From Callorhinchus milii (Eukaryota): DNA of 64,000 bases. The notes below the pieces were generated by a model. The model did no database searches, had not been told where the DNA came from, and worked only from the letters and a program-made list of their open reading frames with translations. Positions 31,901 to 44,800 of the stretch are shown in pieces (positions within the stretch are counted from its first letter, which is position 1; every line of letters starts with the position of its first letter). The stretch is taken from the NCBI RefSeq assembly GCF_018977255.1, contig NW_024704761.1:3968001-4032000 (forward strand). Reading direction: 5' to 3'. Both the position numbers and the translations under genes were made by a program.

Positions 31901-34826
31901 GACTTTTGGAATCAGGTTTTACAGAATGTAAGAGAGAGGAAAGGATCAATTGAGTTTATATGTACTGTATTTATACTTTCGAAAGCTGACCCATTTGTAG
32001 CAGATGTAAGGTGTGAGAAGATAAATAGAGGCAGATTATTTCCACCGATTGATGAATTGCTATCAAGGGGGTACAAACTCAGCATTAAGGGGAAGCTTCG
32101 AAGAAATATTTTCATGCAGAAGGTTAGAACATGAATTATTTTGCCACAAATCATTGTTTGAGTTGGGACGATAATAACAACAATAATAAACCATTTAACA
32201 TGGAATTGTATAAATATTTAAGGAAGCAACCAATATAGAAGGGCACAGGGAAAGTGGAGGGAATTGGGATTAGATCATAAAACTCCTGAGCTGGCAACAG
32301 CACAAGTTAACAGGCTGACTGCCCACCTTCTGTGCTATAATTTCCCAATGAAATATAATGTCACAGCGATCGATAGGTTGGCTGCAATCATGGCTTTACA
32401 TCAATTAAGAGCCGTGTGTCTCAGTTTGGCTGAACTGAAGCTGTTCTTCACTGGGTCCTCGAAGTAATCTTCTTTTATCCTCTTAGTGATGCAAAAGGTG
32501 TGCGTCATTTTGCTGCCTCTCAGTCTGGTTCTTCTGGTGTTTGGAGGTATCTGCGGACTGGTCAGCTCGTTGGCAAATGATCTGTGCATGCTGCTGTTCA
32601 CTGGCTCCTACTTTCTGGTTGGAGGTAAGACGCTTTGGGAGTTTTTTTTATATAAAGTTACAATTTTACAGTTCATCTACTCTTAAGATAATGCTTGTTG
32701 ACTTGCGTCTGAACAGTCTGAACACTCGCACCTGCAGAAGACGTGTTACTTTCACAGCCAGCCATTGAGACTCACTTTTATGACACCAGATTGAATGAGT
32801 ACAGTGCATCTCATCATGACTGGTTTTATTATACAAGAACTAATAGCTGTGACAGAAAGCTATTTCCAGAACCTGGAATAAAGGAACGAGAAAAGGACAT
32901 TCATTCCCCTCAGCTCTCTGTGTTTCAGGCCCTGGTTTCACATTTTAATTCTTTCCTAAAATCTGAATCCGAATAGCTGTCGATGGCCGTCAAAGATGCT
33001 CCTCATGTTACTGTCCTCTGTGCCATACGTTTTCCACTTTAACATATCTACTTTGCTTATTATTTCCTCGCGAGTTACTTTAACTCTGCTTGAGGTTATT
33101 TCCATATTAATATCCCATTCTGTCTTCGTGTTATTAAGGGTTCCCTCTATACAATAACTCTGGCCTTGTTATTCAAAGAGACATGGAGTCTTTTTCCCGA
33201 TTATCCTTGGCTTTACCCTCCTCCTCTCCCAAATGTATCCCCAATTCATCAGCTCTTCATTTCATTATAGTTTATGGGACATTCCTATTGGTGCAGAAAA
33301 TTATTTGATAGTTTGCCAACATAACAACTTTTAATCAGATTTTGATCCTAGTTCTGCCTGGGAGCCTGTAGAGGAAGAGAAAGGGCTTTAACGCACACAT
33401 TGCAAACACAGAACAGTGTTAAATGTCAGCGACAAGATCTTTGCTCTTTCAGGAGAAATCTACTGTCCAGAAAGGAGTCAGAATATCGACTTTAATAACC
33501 TCGGATGCTAAAGCGAGGTGGAGGCAATTTACTGCTCGACTAAGTGTGATATATTTTCCACTAAACGCCAGTTGTGTTAGATGAAAGATTTCCTGAGAGG
33601 AGGTGAAGCTCGATTCACTAATTCATTCTGTCCGTCGTTTGTATTCTATTATAAAAAAGACAAGGCTCCAAAATAAGCCATAGTTAAGCAGTGTATAGAT
33701 AATTGGATTGTCTTGGCAATGATTAGCCATACAGCAAAAATAATCTAGTAATTCTGTCATGCCTCTGTAGGCATTGGTTTGTTTTCTCCAAAGAAAAAAC
33801 AATGTTAAAAAAAAGTAATGTATAAAATAAACCAGACTGATTGGTTTTGTTCCAGCACTGACAATGAGACAGTTTCCAAGCCTCTGTATCCAGGAGGTAT
33901 TGATCAGAAAGAGGGGGTTCATTATATGATATAATGAACTTTAAGGTGAAATAGTTTGACATGCTAGGACTAGGTGACATTGGGAGCCTTGGGAAATATA
34001 GTAAAATTAGCTCAAAACTACCAGATTTTGTGACAATTGTAAAAGAAAAGGCAAGAAATTACTTTAAAAAAACAAAATTGTCTCCTAAACACACCACAAA
34101 CATGAGCCCTCTTGTCCTACTGCCTTAGTGCATCTGAAAATATTCCTCTGAGTTTATTTTTTTGAACCCATTTAGTATCCAATATATTGCTATATTAATC
34201 CTTGCATTTGACATAGCGCTGTTCACGTCTTCTCGACGTCTCAAATCGCTTCACAGAATAGACTGTAAAGTGAATTGACTGTATATTTGTGGGCGAAACG
34301 CAGCAGCCAATTGCGCACAGCAGCGTCCCACGTTCAGTCTTGGATTGAAAATCACCAATTTATTATTGTTTTGTTTTTTGGAGGAATTATTATTAGGCGT
34401 GTGGAGTAGAGAAACTTGCCCAAGGTTTCGCCCTGCCCAAACTTGAGATAGATCCCCACTGAAACATCTCTTTTCAATTTGCTGGTTGTTTAAGCCTTTT
34501 GCTTCCCGGAATATATCGATAAATTAAATCAGACCTGTTGGGCGCACACTTCCATCACTCTAACGTGCGACTCTTTTAAACGTTTGATTTCAGGCACCCT
34601 CACGCTGACTGGAATCACAGTGTATATTGCATACTCCAAGGCCGCCTTCGCTGAAGTGATGTGTTTGTACGACCACAGAATGTTCGATGACATTGACACC
34701 AGCTTCAGTTGGTCCATGGGGCTGGCTTGGCTCTCCTTCACCCTGGAGATCATCTCCGGAGCTCTGCTTCTTTTAGCAGCCAAACTAAATGCCGTGAGAC
34801 ACCCAATACAGTCAGTCGTCATATGA
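25815..34826 (+). CDS. TMEM235: Transmembrane protein 235 (PMP22/claudin superfamily); 4 exons, 210 aa
   Basis: Exons 25815-25995, 31159-31239, 32487-32624, 34594-34826 (633 nt). TDYW...HSGLWRIC claudin-family signature, four hydrophobic segments, FSWSMGLAW. Position after BIRC5 favours TMEM235 over the paralog TMEM114. Confidence 0.92.
29150..29310 (+). mobile_element. CR1 3' fragment
   Basis: GGCCTACTCCTGTTCCTATGTTCCTA tail. Confidence 0.8.
31159..31239 (+). CDS. TMEM235: TMEM235 exon 2 (KNACIGLIDPLG...HLL)
   Basis: 81 nt, phase 1/1, carries the second Cys of the extracellular loop. Confidence 0.88.
31990..32340 (+). mobile_element. Old CR1 3' fragment
   Basis: LFP..SRGYKL..RRNIFMQKV remnant. 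Confidence 0.6.
32487..32624 (+). CDS. TMEM235: TMEM235 exon 3
   Basis: 138 nt, TM2 and TM3. Confidence 0.92.
34196..34438 (-). mobile_element. tRNA-derived SINE (5'-truncated)
   Basis: Family body and tail. Confidence 0.85.
34594..34826 (+). CDS. TMEM235: TMEM235 exon 4
   Basis: TTTCAG acceptor, TM4, TGA stop. Confidence 0.92.
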
Positions 34827-37434
34827 ACGTTAGCCCTGCCCAGGAATCTTGTGTGTGTTACTGTGTTGCTGTTGTGACTAGTTCTGTAAATGGCTTAGAT
34901 TCGGAGAACTATTGAAATATCCAGCAGAGAGAGAGAGTGAGACAGAGACGTAGGCACAAACCAATTTGCGCTTTTAAACTCGGCTAAAGAAAATTTACTT
35001 GCCCCCCAAAAAAAAATTTTTTCGCTTTGAATCTCAGCCAGAGAAGAACATTCCTTGAAAAAAAAATACAACTTTGGAGAAGACGCCAAAGGTAGATTGG
35101 CAAACTTGGTTATGCAGAGGTGGTTGCTGAGTGCTCGCTCACGTCAATGGTGAGTCCTGTTCAACTCTAATTCGCACGAGATTCAAAATCCCACCCAGTC
35201 CGAGCCTGCGAAAATCACTTTATCCTAAAATATAAGATCGCATAGTCTGAATTCGGAAGTTGTTTTTCCCCGGCTCTTTAACAAAAAAGAAAAGGGCTTC
35301 ACAAAATTCTGACACCAGTTGAGAGCGCCAGCAACTGAGTCAATTAAAGATTTCAAAAAACAATTATGTTGCAGAAGTAAGAGGATAATTTCATACAGTT
35401 GTAAGCATTTCAGAGAAGACCGATATTTGCTTCACTGATGCATCCCAGACTTCCCATGTGCCCGGCACAGCCCAAGCACGAACACAAACCATTAATTTGA
35501 TTGTCCCAGCTCACAGTAGGTAATGTCTCAGTAATGAGCAGAACATTATCTGTGCACTCGAGAAAAGAACCTATAAAATCCAAGCCGATGCCTCCAGGGC
35601 TCTCGACTGGTTGTAAAGCTGAGCACATTCTAATACAAAAATGATTTCACTCTCAACCCACTTTGAACTTTTTCTAAGTATCCCGCAGTTAAAGATGACA
35701 CAGAAGAGTGATCTTGCGAGTGATTTCAACTCGGGTTCTGATTAAGAAAAAAATGGAAGAAATACCAAAGAAAAGGACCGAGCTTGCTTTTTTAGCATTT
35801 CCGTGCAGCACTTCACTTCACTTGGGTAAAAAAATTCCCTTCAGCAATAATTTGCCCAGCGCCTTTGCCAATTCAAGTGTAATTCTGAACAGAACTTTTA
35901 CCCAATTGTGAAAATTCTCAAAGTGCTTTACAGCAATTGCCGCCGACTGTAGTAATCGGTTTTGAAGGTAAACCTGGCAGTCAGGATGGCTTGCACGGCA
36001 AGATCCCAGAAACGGCCGAGAAGCAAGTGAATGACCGAAGAGTTCACGTGAAGAATTGAAGTGTCGGACTTTTCCTTACTTTCGTGCTGCACACGCCTAC
36101 CCCAATGTGTCTCTTACCTTTGCCTTCTCTCCTCCTTTCTGACATGTTCTCTCGGGCATTCTCTCAGGCAGTTTTTGCAATACCTGGTCCACAGATATTG
36201 TCCACCAGCCTTGGCAACCAAGCCAATTAAGAGCGTACGCCTACAATAAAATGCAAACTACCCACTTTTGTGCCAGTTTTTGTGTCAGTGGGAGCCCTAC
36301 CTTACCAAGATTGCAACACAGCCACTGAGGGAAAGAGAAAAGCTCCTTCTCTGTCTCACTCTCTCTTCTTCGCCCTAGTTGTTATCGCAGTAATAAGGTT
36401 TTCTGTCTATTTCGGTGTTGCTGGAGTTGGAGCCTGCAACACAATCTGCCTGGCCCTTCAAAATGTCACATAAACTGCCATCACCATCTCTCGTCTCTCA
36501 TTCTCAATTTAATAATAATAATATTAAATAAAGTTTTGAAGGTTTCATTGAAAAGTTTTATTTAATAATTTAAGTCCTTTTACTAGTGCTTCTGCGCTAA
36601 ATAGAGCACTTTGGGAGTGAGGGGTGTATGGTATTTTCTTGGTCTGTAAATTACCAACTCTTTGGCGAGTAATTTTAGGACTAACATTCGCAAATATTTC
36701 TTTACCCAGAGGATAAACAACAGCTGGCACTGATTCCAATGAAATGCAGTTGAGCCCAGGGTGTTGGAGTCATTAAGAAACATTCTTGATGCTGCAAAAG
36801 GAGGATGGTAGGGTGGGGAACACTGGAAGCTGAGATCAAATGGGCTGATGAGATCTGAACCTCTGGTGATCTTGTGAACTTCGTGTTTCTTCCTCATTAA
36901 ATTCCGAAAGCAATTCAAAAGAGCCTTATATATTGATTCCCCCCAAAAGCATGTTCATCTTATTTTTAAGTGATTAACAAGCATTTGATTTCATGATTTA
37001 TTTCACCAGGTTGTGTTTTAACGACTGCCGTCATCAAGCTTGTCACTATTGCTGTGCCTGTGGAAACTGTTTTGTAAGAGTTCCGTGAATAAATGTGCTG
37101 TGGAAGTGAACGGGTGCATTGTCTAATCAGACACTTCATTGATGTGGTGAGACATCTTCCTCAGATGTCCTGACCTGTTTGGGTAGATTTTATATGGTGT
37201 GGGATGGGACCTGTCTCGTCATTTCCATCCAGCACTCGTGCAGTTAAAAGGGAAGGGACGAGGTACACCTGAGGTTGGGCTAGTATGGGAGAGCATGGGG
37301 CAAAGTAGCACAAGCACAGGAAACCCAACTGAGTGTCACTGACCTCAATGCTCACAAATCCTGGATTACTAAGACGAGGTGGTATTTGGTCAACGGACAA
37401 TAAGGTAAGGCATAGTATAAACTGAACAAATCCT

Positions 37435-37722
37435 TGCATCGGTGGTCGGGCCTTCAGCGTCTCAGCCCCGAGGCTCTGGGACTCCATCCCCCAGTGCCTT
37501 CGCCGCTTCCTCCCTTTCCTCCTTCAAGGCCGGTCTCAAGACCTTTCTCTTTGACTGTGCCTTCAGCTCCCCTCTCGACTCCCTACCCCCTCCTCGCTCC
37601 CTCCCTTCCCTCCCCTCACCCTGACCGTTTCCCACCTGCTCGGGTCCCGACCCAACTGTCCAGCGTCTTGGGACGTCCTCCCAACGTGAAAGGCGCTCTA
37701 TAAATGAACTGTTGTTGTTGTT
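37435..37722 (+). mobile_element. L2 3' fragment
   Basis: [11 protein letters not shown] plus tail, (TTG)n. Confidence 0.88.
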
Positions 37723-38535
37723 TTATGTGGGAGAGTTAGTAGTAATGTACTATATTTAGGACTGTGTAATGGGTTATCACCACAAACAGGATGTCCTGAT
37801 TTGCAGTGTAATGCAGCTTTCAGCTTGAGAACAGTGTGTCACTGAGCAAAGACAGATTGGGAACTAATAGTTCTGAACCATTTTTTTTTAACATCGGAGT
37901 AATAGGATCTGAAGTGTTCAGCACAATAATTCCTGCCGGCGAAAGAGTCTCCTTTCTAACAGGTTATATATGAAAGGCGGACAAGAAGCAAGGCTATCAT
38001 TTCCAATTGCTCGTGTTGATTAAGGTTGCAAGCACAGAGCAGCCAATGCCCCATTCAAAATGCTCCTTCCTCTGTACTCTTCTATAGCCTGCCTCTAGAA
38101 GTGGTTTAACTTACTGAAAGAAAATTTGCTGTTGTAAGGCAGACATTGTCCAGTATTCTGTCAGGATGACGTGAGGAGACAGTAAGGATGCAGCGACTGA
38201 GAAAGAATCGCTGCGGGTTTGCAGAGTGATCATCTAGTTTATTATTGAAAATTAACGCAATGGTATGAGTTGCTTCGCAGAAAAATGTCTCGATTCTCCG
38301 CATTATTTCAGCTTCCATTCCCAGCGTATTGCATTGCTGCTCGTAGGCTGCTGCTGGTGTAATTTAGCTGCTACATCTGCCTACTCAAATTCCAGTTAAT
38401 TTCTTAGCAAATTTAATTTCAGTGAAACACCTTGTGCGTTTTATTTTACCCTGAAGGTTTTATGTCAATGCTAATTTTTCGATTATATTTGAACGCTCGG
38501 GAGACAGGGATGAGTGCATTCTGGGCCCGAGAGCA

Positions 38536-38825
38536 TCATCCCTTGAGTTTCTCCACAACAAACCGCAGTTTCTGTACAGCCAGGTCTGTGTCCTCCTCGG
38601 AAATGCCCAGGTACCAAACTGCCCGCACTGAGCGGCCGTAGAATGGCATCATTAACACCCGCACTCCGCAACCCACTGCCGCCACTTCCTCCGCTGTCAC
38701 CTCGGCCATACGGTCACAAAACTCCTGGGGCGAGATCCTCGGATCATTCACTGTAAGCATCAGGATATTGGTTTCCAACGCGTCCATGTTGGTGTCGCAC
38801 ACAGGGTAGGCGTATTTCTGGATGC
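38536..38825 (-). CDS. THA1: THA1 exon 7
   Basis: TTTTAG acceptor, ETNIL and VRAVWY motifs, TGA stop. Confidence 0.93.
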
Positions 38826-41800
38826 CTAAAAGTTGGTTTGGAGAGTAAAAAGGTGGGTGACTGTTTTAAGATGTCGCTGAGCTGATATTGATTTCAGAGG
38901 CGCAGTTAAGTTAAGCGATCAGTCAATTCCAACAGGAACACACAAAAAAAAAGACCGACAGTACTTTCCCACCAGCCACCCGATGCGCATTTACTCACAT
39001 CGCACTTGCTGAGAACACATGACTGATGTTGCACATCAATGTAATGGGCTCGAGAAAGCACAATCAGTTTTCATCGAGAGGGTGTGAGCTTCCAGGCTCG
39101 AAATCAAACATTTTACGCACGATACACAGCTCGAGCCTGAGGTTGTGAATAAGCTTGAGCACTGGAATAGTTGATAGATAGTAGGACCCTAAGAGATTTT
39201 CGCTTCAAACCCAGGAAGGCTAATACCAATTGTCACTGATTTAGTCAATCCGATGCTTTCTGGTCTGTAAGGCCGAGTGTCGATCCCATTGATCTATCAC
39301 AGCGGCTTGCTCTTACTTTGCTTAATGTTCAATCTGATGCTAATCATAGGTGACTTAACAAAAGGGAGTGAAATATATCTTCCTAATGGTTATCAGAGCT
39401 CGGATGTGTTTGAGGGAACTAGTGTCCACCGTGTCGACTGTAAAACAGGAAATGGTTGAGAATCAGTAACTATAAAGTGCAGTACAGTAATGTTATAGTA
39501 ATCCCAGCATTAAAAGGAAGATTGAAGGGCAGGCCTGTGACGCTGCACAAGGATATATACACCTTGATAACAACAACGACAACTTGCATTTACACCTTGA
39601 TGATAGAAGGAAACTGAACAATCCTGTACTTGTAAGCATTCTTATTATTTTATTCATGCGCTGTACGTACCCTGGGAAAATATCCTTGCGTTCGTATGGT
39701 CATCCTTCAGCCTCTCAACCATTTGAGATATAGAAATGAGCCCTGCTGCAGCCAGTAGCCCTGCCTGTCTCATGCCACCTCCGAGCACCTTGCGGGCATG
39801 GCTAGCCTGGTCGATGAATGATTGTCGTCCGCCAATGAGAGACCCAACAGGAGCTCCCAAACCCTACAGTGCAGAGAAAAAGGTCAGTGAGGGGACATAT
39901 TTTGCGGATATTGAATAATAGTAATAATAATCCTTGTTATTACTATTAATATTATTACTTATTATTCCAGACCTTCCTCTTCGACTGCCCCTTCGGTCAC
40001 CCTCCTACCTCCACCCTCCCTGCTATCCACCCCTCCTGATGCCAACCTCCAGCTCGGGTACCAATCCTTGACTGTGCAATGCCTTGGGACGTCCTCCCGA
40101 CGTGAAAGGCGTTATACGAGTGTAATTTGTTGTTGTATTGACTTAGCACCTGCAATGTCAAAAGTCAGTGAAACCCAACTTCTGCCTTAAATTGTTAGGT
40201 ACCTTAGACAGGCACATGGAGACAGAGTCACAGAAACGCAGGATGGCTTGTGCTTCAACCCCCATAGCAACGGCTGCATTCATCAATCGGGCTCCATCCA
40301 TGTGAACAGCCAGGCTGTACTTGTCAGCGAGGCTTCGAACCTGCAGTGTCGGGAAGTGTAATAGAACTTGTCACCCTGAGGCACAGAACGTCTTACAATG
40401 AGCCTTGTGTCTGATACAGTCTAACGCCAAAACATCGCAAAGGTGAGTGAAGTAAGTGCCAAGTGAACTTATCTTTGGAGGAAAAAATTGGGTCGCGCAC
40501 AGCAATTTCCCACAAGTGGACACCAGATGAATGACCAATTGTTGGCTTGGATTACATAGATATAGACATAGAAACCGGAGTAGGCTATTCAGCCCCTTGA
40601 GCCTGTTCCGGCATTTTATAAAATCATGGCTGATCTATACCTCAAGTCCAGTTACCCACCCTTGCCCCATATCTCTTAATACCCTGACCTAACAAATATC
40701 TATCTACTTCCATCTTGATTCTAGGAGAAATTTGCTTCTTGTAATGTATGTTTTAACCAGCTACTTCCTCACCTCCTGTAGAAAGGAGAGGGGTAAAACC
40801 CGACCCCCTTGTACATTGTGAGTGTTTTCCAGGCAAATCAGGCGTGTTCTGGTGCAGTGAGGATCAGTATAGTCGTTATGTATCTTAGACTCTAGCTCGT
40901 TCAGGTCAAAGGTTCCGTCTGGAAGATTTCTCAGAGTACGTGAATGAACCCCTGCAATCTGAAACACAGAGGATTAGTACAGAAGCTTGGAGTGTGCTAA
41001 CTGATAAGGGTGAGAACCCAAATGGATTAAAAAAAACTCTATTCCCCGAACATAAAAGGTACGAGCAGGTGGTAAAAGGCTAGAGATGCAGGTCAAAATG
41101 TTTCACAAGATCACGAGAGAGGTCCAAATGAAGAAGGCTCTTCAGCTCATTTGATCTCATCCCACAAACAGCCATGGAACGAGTGACTAATTTTATTTTG
41201 AGGGATTGTTGGTCAGGACACCGGGAGAAACTCCCTTCTCTTTTCGAAAAGAGCCATGGGATCTTTAACGTTCACCTGAACAGGCAGGCGGGACCTCGGT
41301 TTAACGTCTCATCAGAAAGACGGCACCTCCGACAATGCAGCACACCCTCAGCGCTGGGTTGGGAGTGTCGGCTTCCAAGTCCCGAAGCGGGGCTTGAACC
41401 CACAAACCTTCTGACTCAAGAGAGGAGAGCGCTAGGGTTGAGCCAGGCTGATTCACATTGAACAGTTTAATCTGTTCAATGTCGAATTGCCCAGTTTCTA
41501 GGTGCACGGAATCAGCAAACTCCTGTTTTTTTAGGCAACTTCGTTCAATTGGTTGGCAAAAGAGAAAAAAATAATCCAGTGGAGGGCAGCCAACTCTTGC
41601 AGGAGAGTTTCCGCATGTGTTAAGATACCCGGCTGACCAAACAAAAAATGAGACCCCCCCCCCAAACTGAACTGAAGTAGGACACCACTGGAGGGCAGTA
41701 TCTTCATAGCAATACCCAAAGACTGGGAGCAAAACACAATGCAAAGTCAGATAAATAGTTAAATACACAATAATATGTTCAAGAACCCTACACACATTTG

Positions 41801-44800
41801 CAAATTCCTTTCAGTATTCCTACTCTGCACTTCCCCTCATTGCAATCAAACTCCCCTTAGTTAAGGGGGGGTTAGTCAATAACTAACACATGTCTTATCC
41901 CGTTGATACCAGACTAATTAGGGTTTTACTCAATTGATGGCTGTGAGCTTTGCTTTTCAAATAATACCAAGTTCTGAAGTATTGCCTGTTTTTCGGAACT
42001 ACTTGGAAATGTGCTTCAGGACGTTGCGGATGGCTCGGGGCTGAAGAATAATGTGCAATTTGAAAGCTGCAAAACCTCTTCAGTGCTCAGAGAGCTTCGC
42101 GCACTTCAATGTGCAAACACCTTGGAAATGTGCTTCAGGACATTGCGGATGGCTCGGGGCTGAAGAATAATGTGCAATTTGAAAGCTGCAAAACCTCTTC
42201 AGTGCTCAGAAAGCTTCGCGCACTTCAATGTGCAAACATCTACCCCCTGTATGATCAGAAAGGCTGGATATTCTTTCCAAAAGCTGGTCCCAAGTTTTAC
42301 CAAGTTCCCCAAGGAAAGTAGAGAGCTGACACTGTGCCAAAGTGGAAATGTTCACCCAAATACAAGTCGAGTTTCTTTGTTTCCAAAGGCATTGCCTAGT
42401 GTCACGTGGCCTGACCCATTCCAACTTCCAAGGTTCAAAGAGTACTCAGGTAAGGTATTGCTGGATGTTTGACATACCTGTGCTGTTCCTCCTTGCTCGA
42501 ACAGGTGGATATGAGCTTGGTCACCAACGATCAGTTCTGCTCCCCTCTCACGGCAGTGGCACATGACTGTAAAAGGAGGCGTGAAATATGGCTATGGCAC
42601 AACCAAAGATGGCAAACAACAAAAACAAAAGCCTGTAGCTCAGTGGTTAGAGCACTCGCCTTGCAAGCAAGACACCTGGGTTTGATTCCCGGCAGGGTGA
42701 AACCTTGGGCAAGTTTCCTTACTCCACACGCCTGATAATAATTCTTCCAAAAAACAAAACAATAATAAATTGCTCACTGCAATCCACGACTGTTTGTAGG
42801 AAACTGCTGTGCGCAATTGCCTGCCGCGTTTTGCCCCCAAATATACGGTCAATTCACTTTACAGTGTGTTCTGTGAAGCGCTTTGGGACGTCCTCCCGAC
42901 GTGAAAAGCGCTATATCAAATGCAAGGATTATTATTATTATTATTATTATTTACAGCATATTCTGTGAAGCGCTTTGAGACAACAACAACAACATTACAT
43001 TTGTATAACGCCTTTCACGTCGGGAGGACGTCCCAAGGCGCTGAAGTCTAGAAGGCGTCTAGAAGCGCGATATCAAATGCAAGGATTATTATTATTGTTA
43101 ATGCAAAACCATTTGGTGGGCTTTAAAAAAAAAGTTGGAACATTGACTATATGTTTGTTCCCTCTTCATAGCTTCAGATTGTTTCTATCTTGTGATGAAT
43201 CTTGTATTCACACTACATGTAGTTGCAAGGTACATGCATTGGGCCCTAAGCTAATGTTGGTGTCTAATCTGTGGTATTTCCTTATGTTTCTTAAGAAAAT
43301 GCATCTCTTCACTGACAGGTGTTTACAATACAGAAGGAGGTTGTTAGGCCCACTATGTCTGTGCTGGTGTTACTTCCCTGTCGGAATTATTTACTCCAGT
43401 TTATTTTCACCCTTCACTTTCTTCATGGACTCTAATATGATTGCTTCAAGGGTTCATCCGATTCCCTTTCCAAAGCTTCGCTCTCATAGCCATTTATGGC
43501 AAAACACTCCATATTCTGACAACTTTCTATGTAAAAACTCTTTTATTTTCCCTCTAGAGATAATTCCCAAATTGTTCCTGAATTTGCCGATCAGCGGAAG
43601 CAACAACCACAACAACAAATTACATTTGTATCGTGCCTTTCACCTCAGGAGGATGTCCAAAGGCACTGAAACAGCCTTTCTCTGGTTTTGTTAGGGTTAA
43701 AATAATTCAACCCAATTCAGTTATTTTCTCATTTCGCTTCCCTCTCAAAGACAATGCTACAAAGCTATGCGTCATTTCAAGGTTGCAGTGTACTCTCTCT
43801 TCCTCTGCGGTCAGTTCTCATAACTGTTATCAGATGTAGTCAAATGGCTTGAACCTAGTTATATACCCAAAGAGGACAACGCAGGATAGCAATTCCACAT
43901 CTAAAATACGGTTGTGAACTCTGTATACCCCTGCTTCCTGTGTTCTTTCAGAACAATTTTCTGTTGCAGCCATCCTTCTAAGAACTGGGTTGGATGAGCC
44001 AGTTGGAGAGGCAATATATCACACCTTTTATCTCAACGCTGTGAAAAGTTCTAGCACACCAACAGGTTATCTGCTTGCAATCTGGCCCCCGCCCACACCT
44101 CACCACAGCTCTTTCTAATGTCTTTCAATAACACGTACAATAGCACAGTCACTCGTTAAAAACACACACACACGCACACGCACACACACAGACACTCGCA
44201 CGACTGGCTTTGGGTGTGAAGGTCTCCCACTAAACTACCTGAAACAGGAGCTGCTCGCTGTTCAAAGTGTCAAGCTGAAGTGCAGAAAGAGTGAGGGAGT
44301 CTTGCCCCATGTGTCTCGTCATGAATACAATGTCAGAAATATTAGGGGAGAAGTTACAAGCGATCGCAATTTCTTTACTTAAAGGTAAAGTTTCAAACTC
44401 ATTACAACAACAACAACAACAACAACAAGATTCCATTTATAGAGCGCCTTTCACGTCGGGAGTACGTCCCAAGGCTCTGTACAGTTGGGTCAGGACCCGA
44501 GCAGGGGGGAAATGGTCAGGGTGAGGGGAGAAGGGAGGGAGCGAGGAGGGGGTAGAGAGTTGAGAGGGGAGCTGAAGGCACGGTCGAAGAGAAAGGTCTT
44601 GAGACCGGCCTTGAAGGAGGAAAGGGAGGAAGCGGCGAAGGCACTGGGGGATAGAGTTCCAGAGCCTCAGGGCTGAGAGGCTGAAGGCTCGGCCACCGAT
44701 GGTAGGGCGGTTGGGGCGGGGGATGTGGAGCAGACCGGAGCCAGAGGAACGGAGGGTACGGGTAGGTAGATAGGGCGATAGTAGGTCGGAGAGGTAGGAG

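Noticed and set aside
42975-43694. 239-aa ORF
   Set aside because: Starts with TTG in SINE/L2 tails, shows no recognisable homology and is antisense within a THA1 intron.
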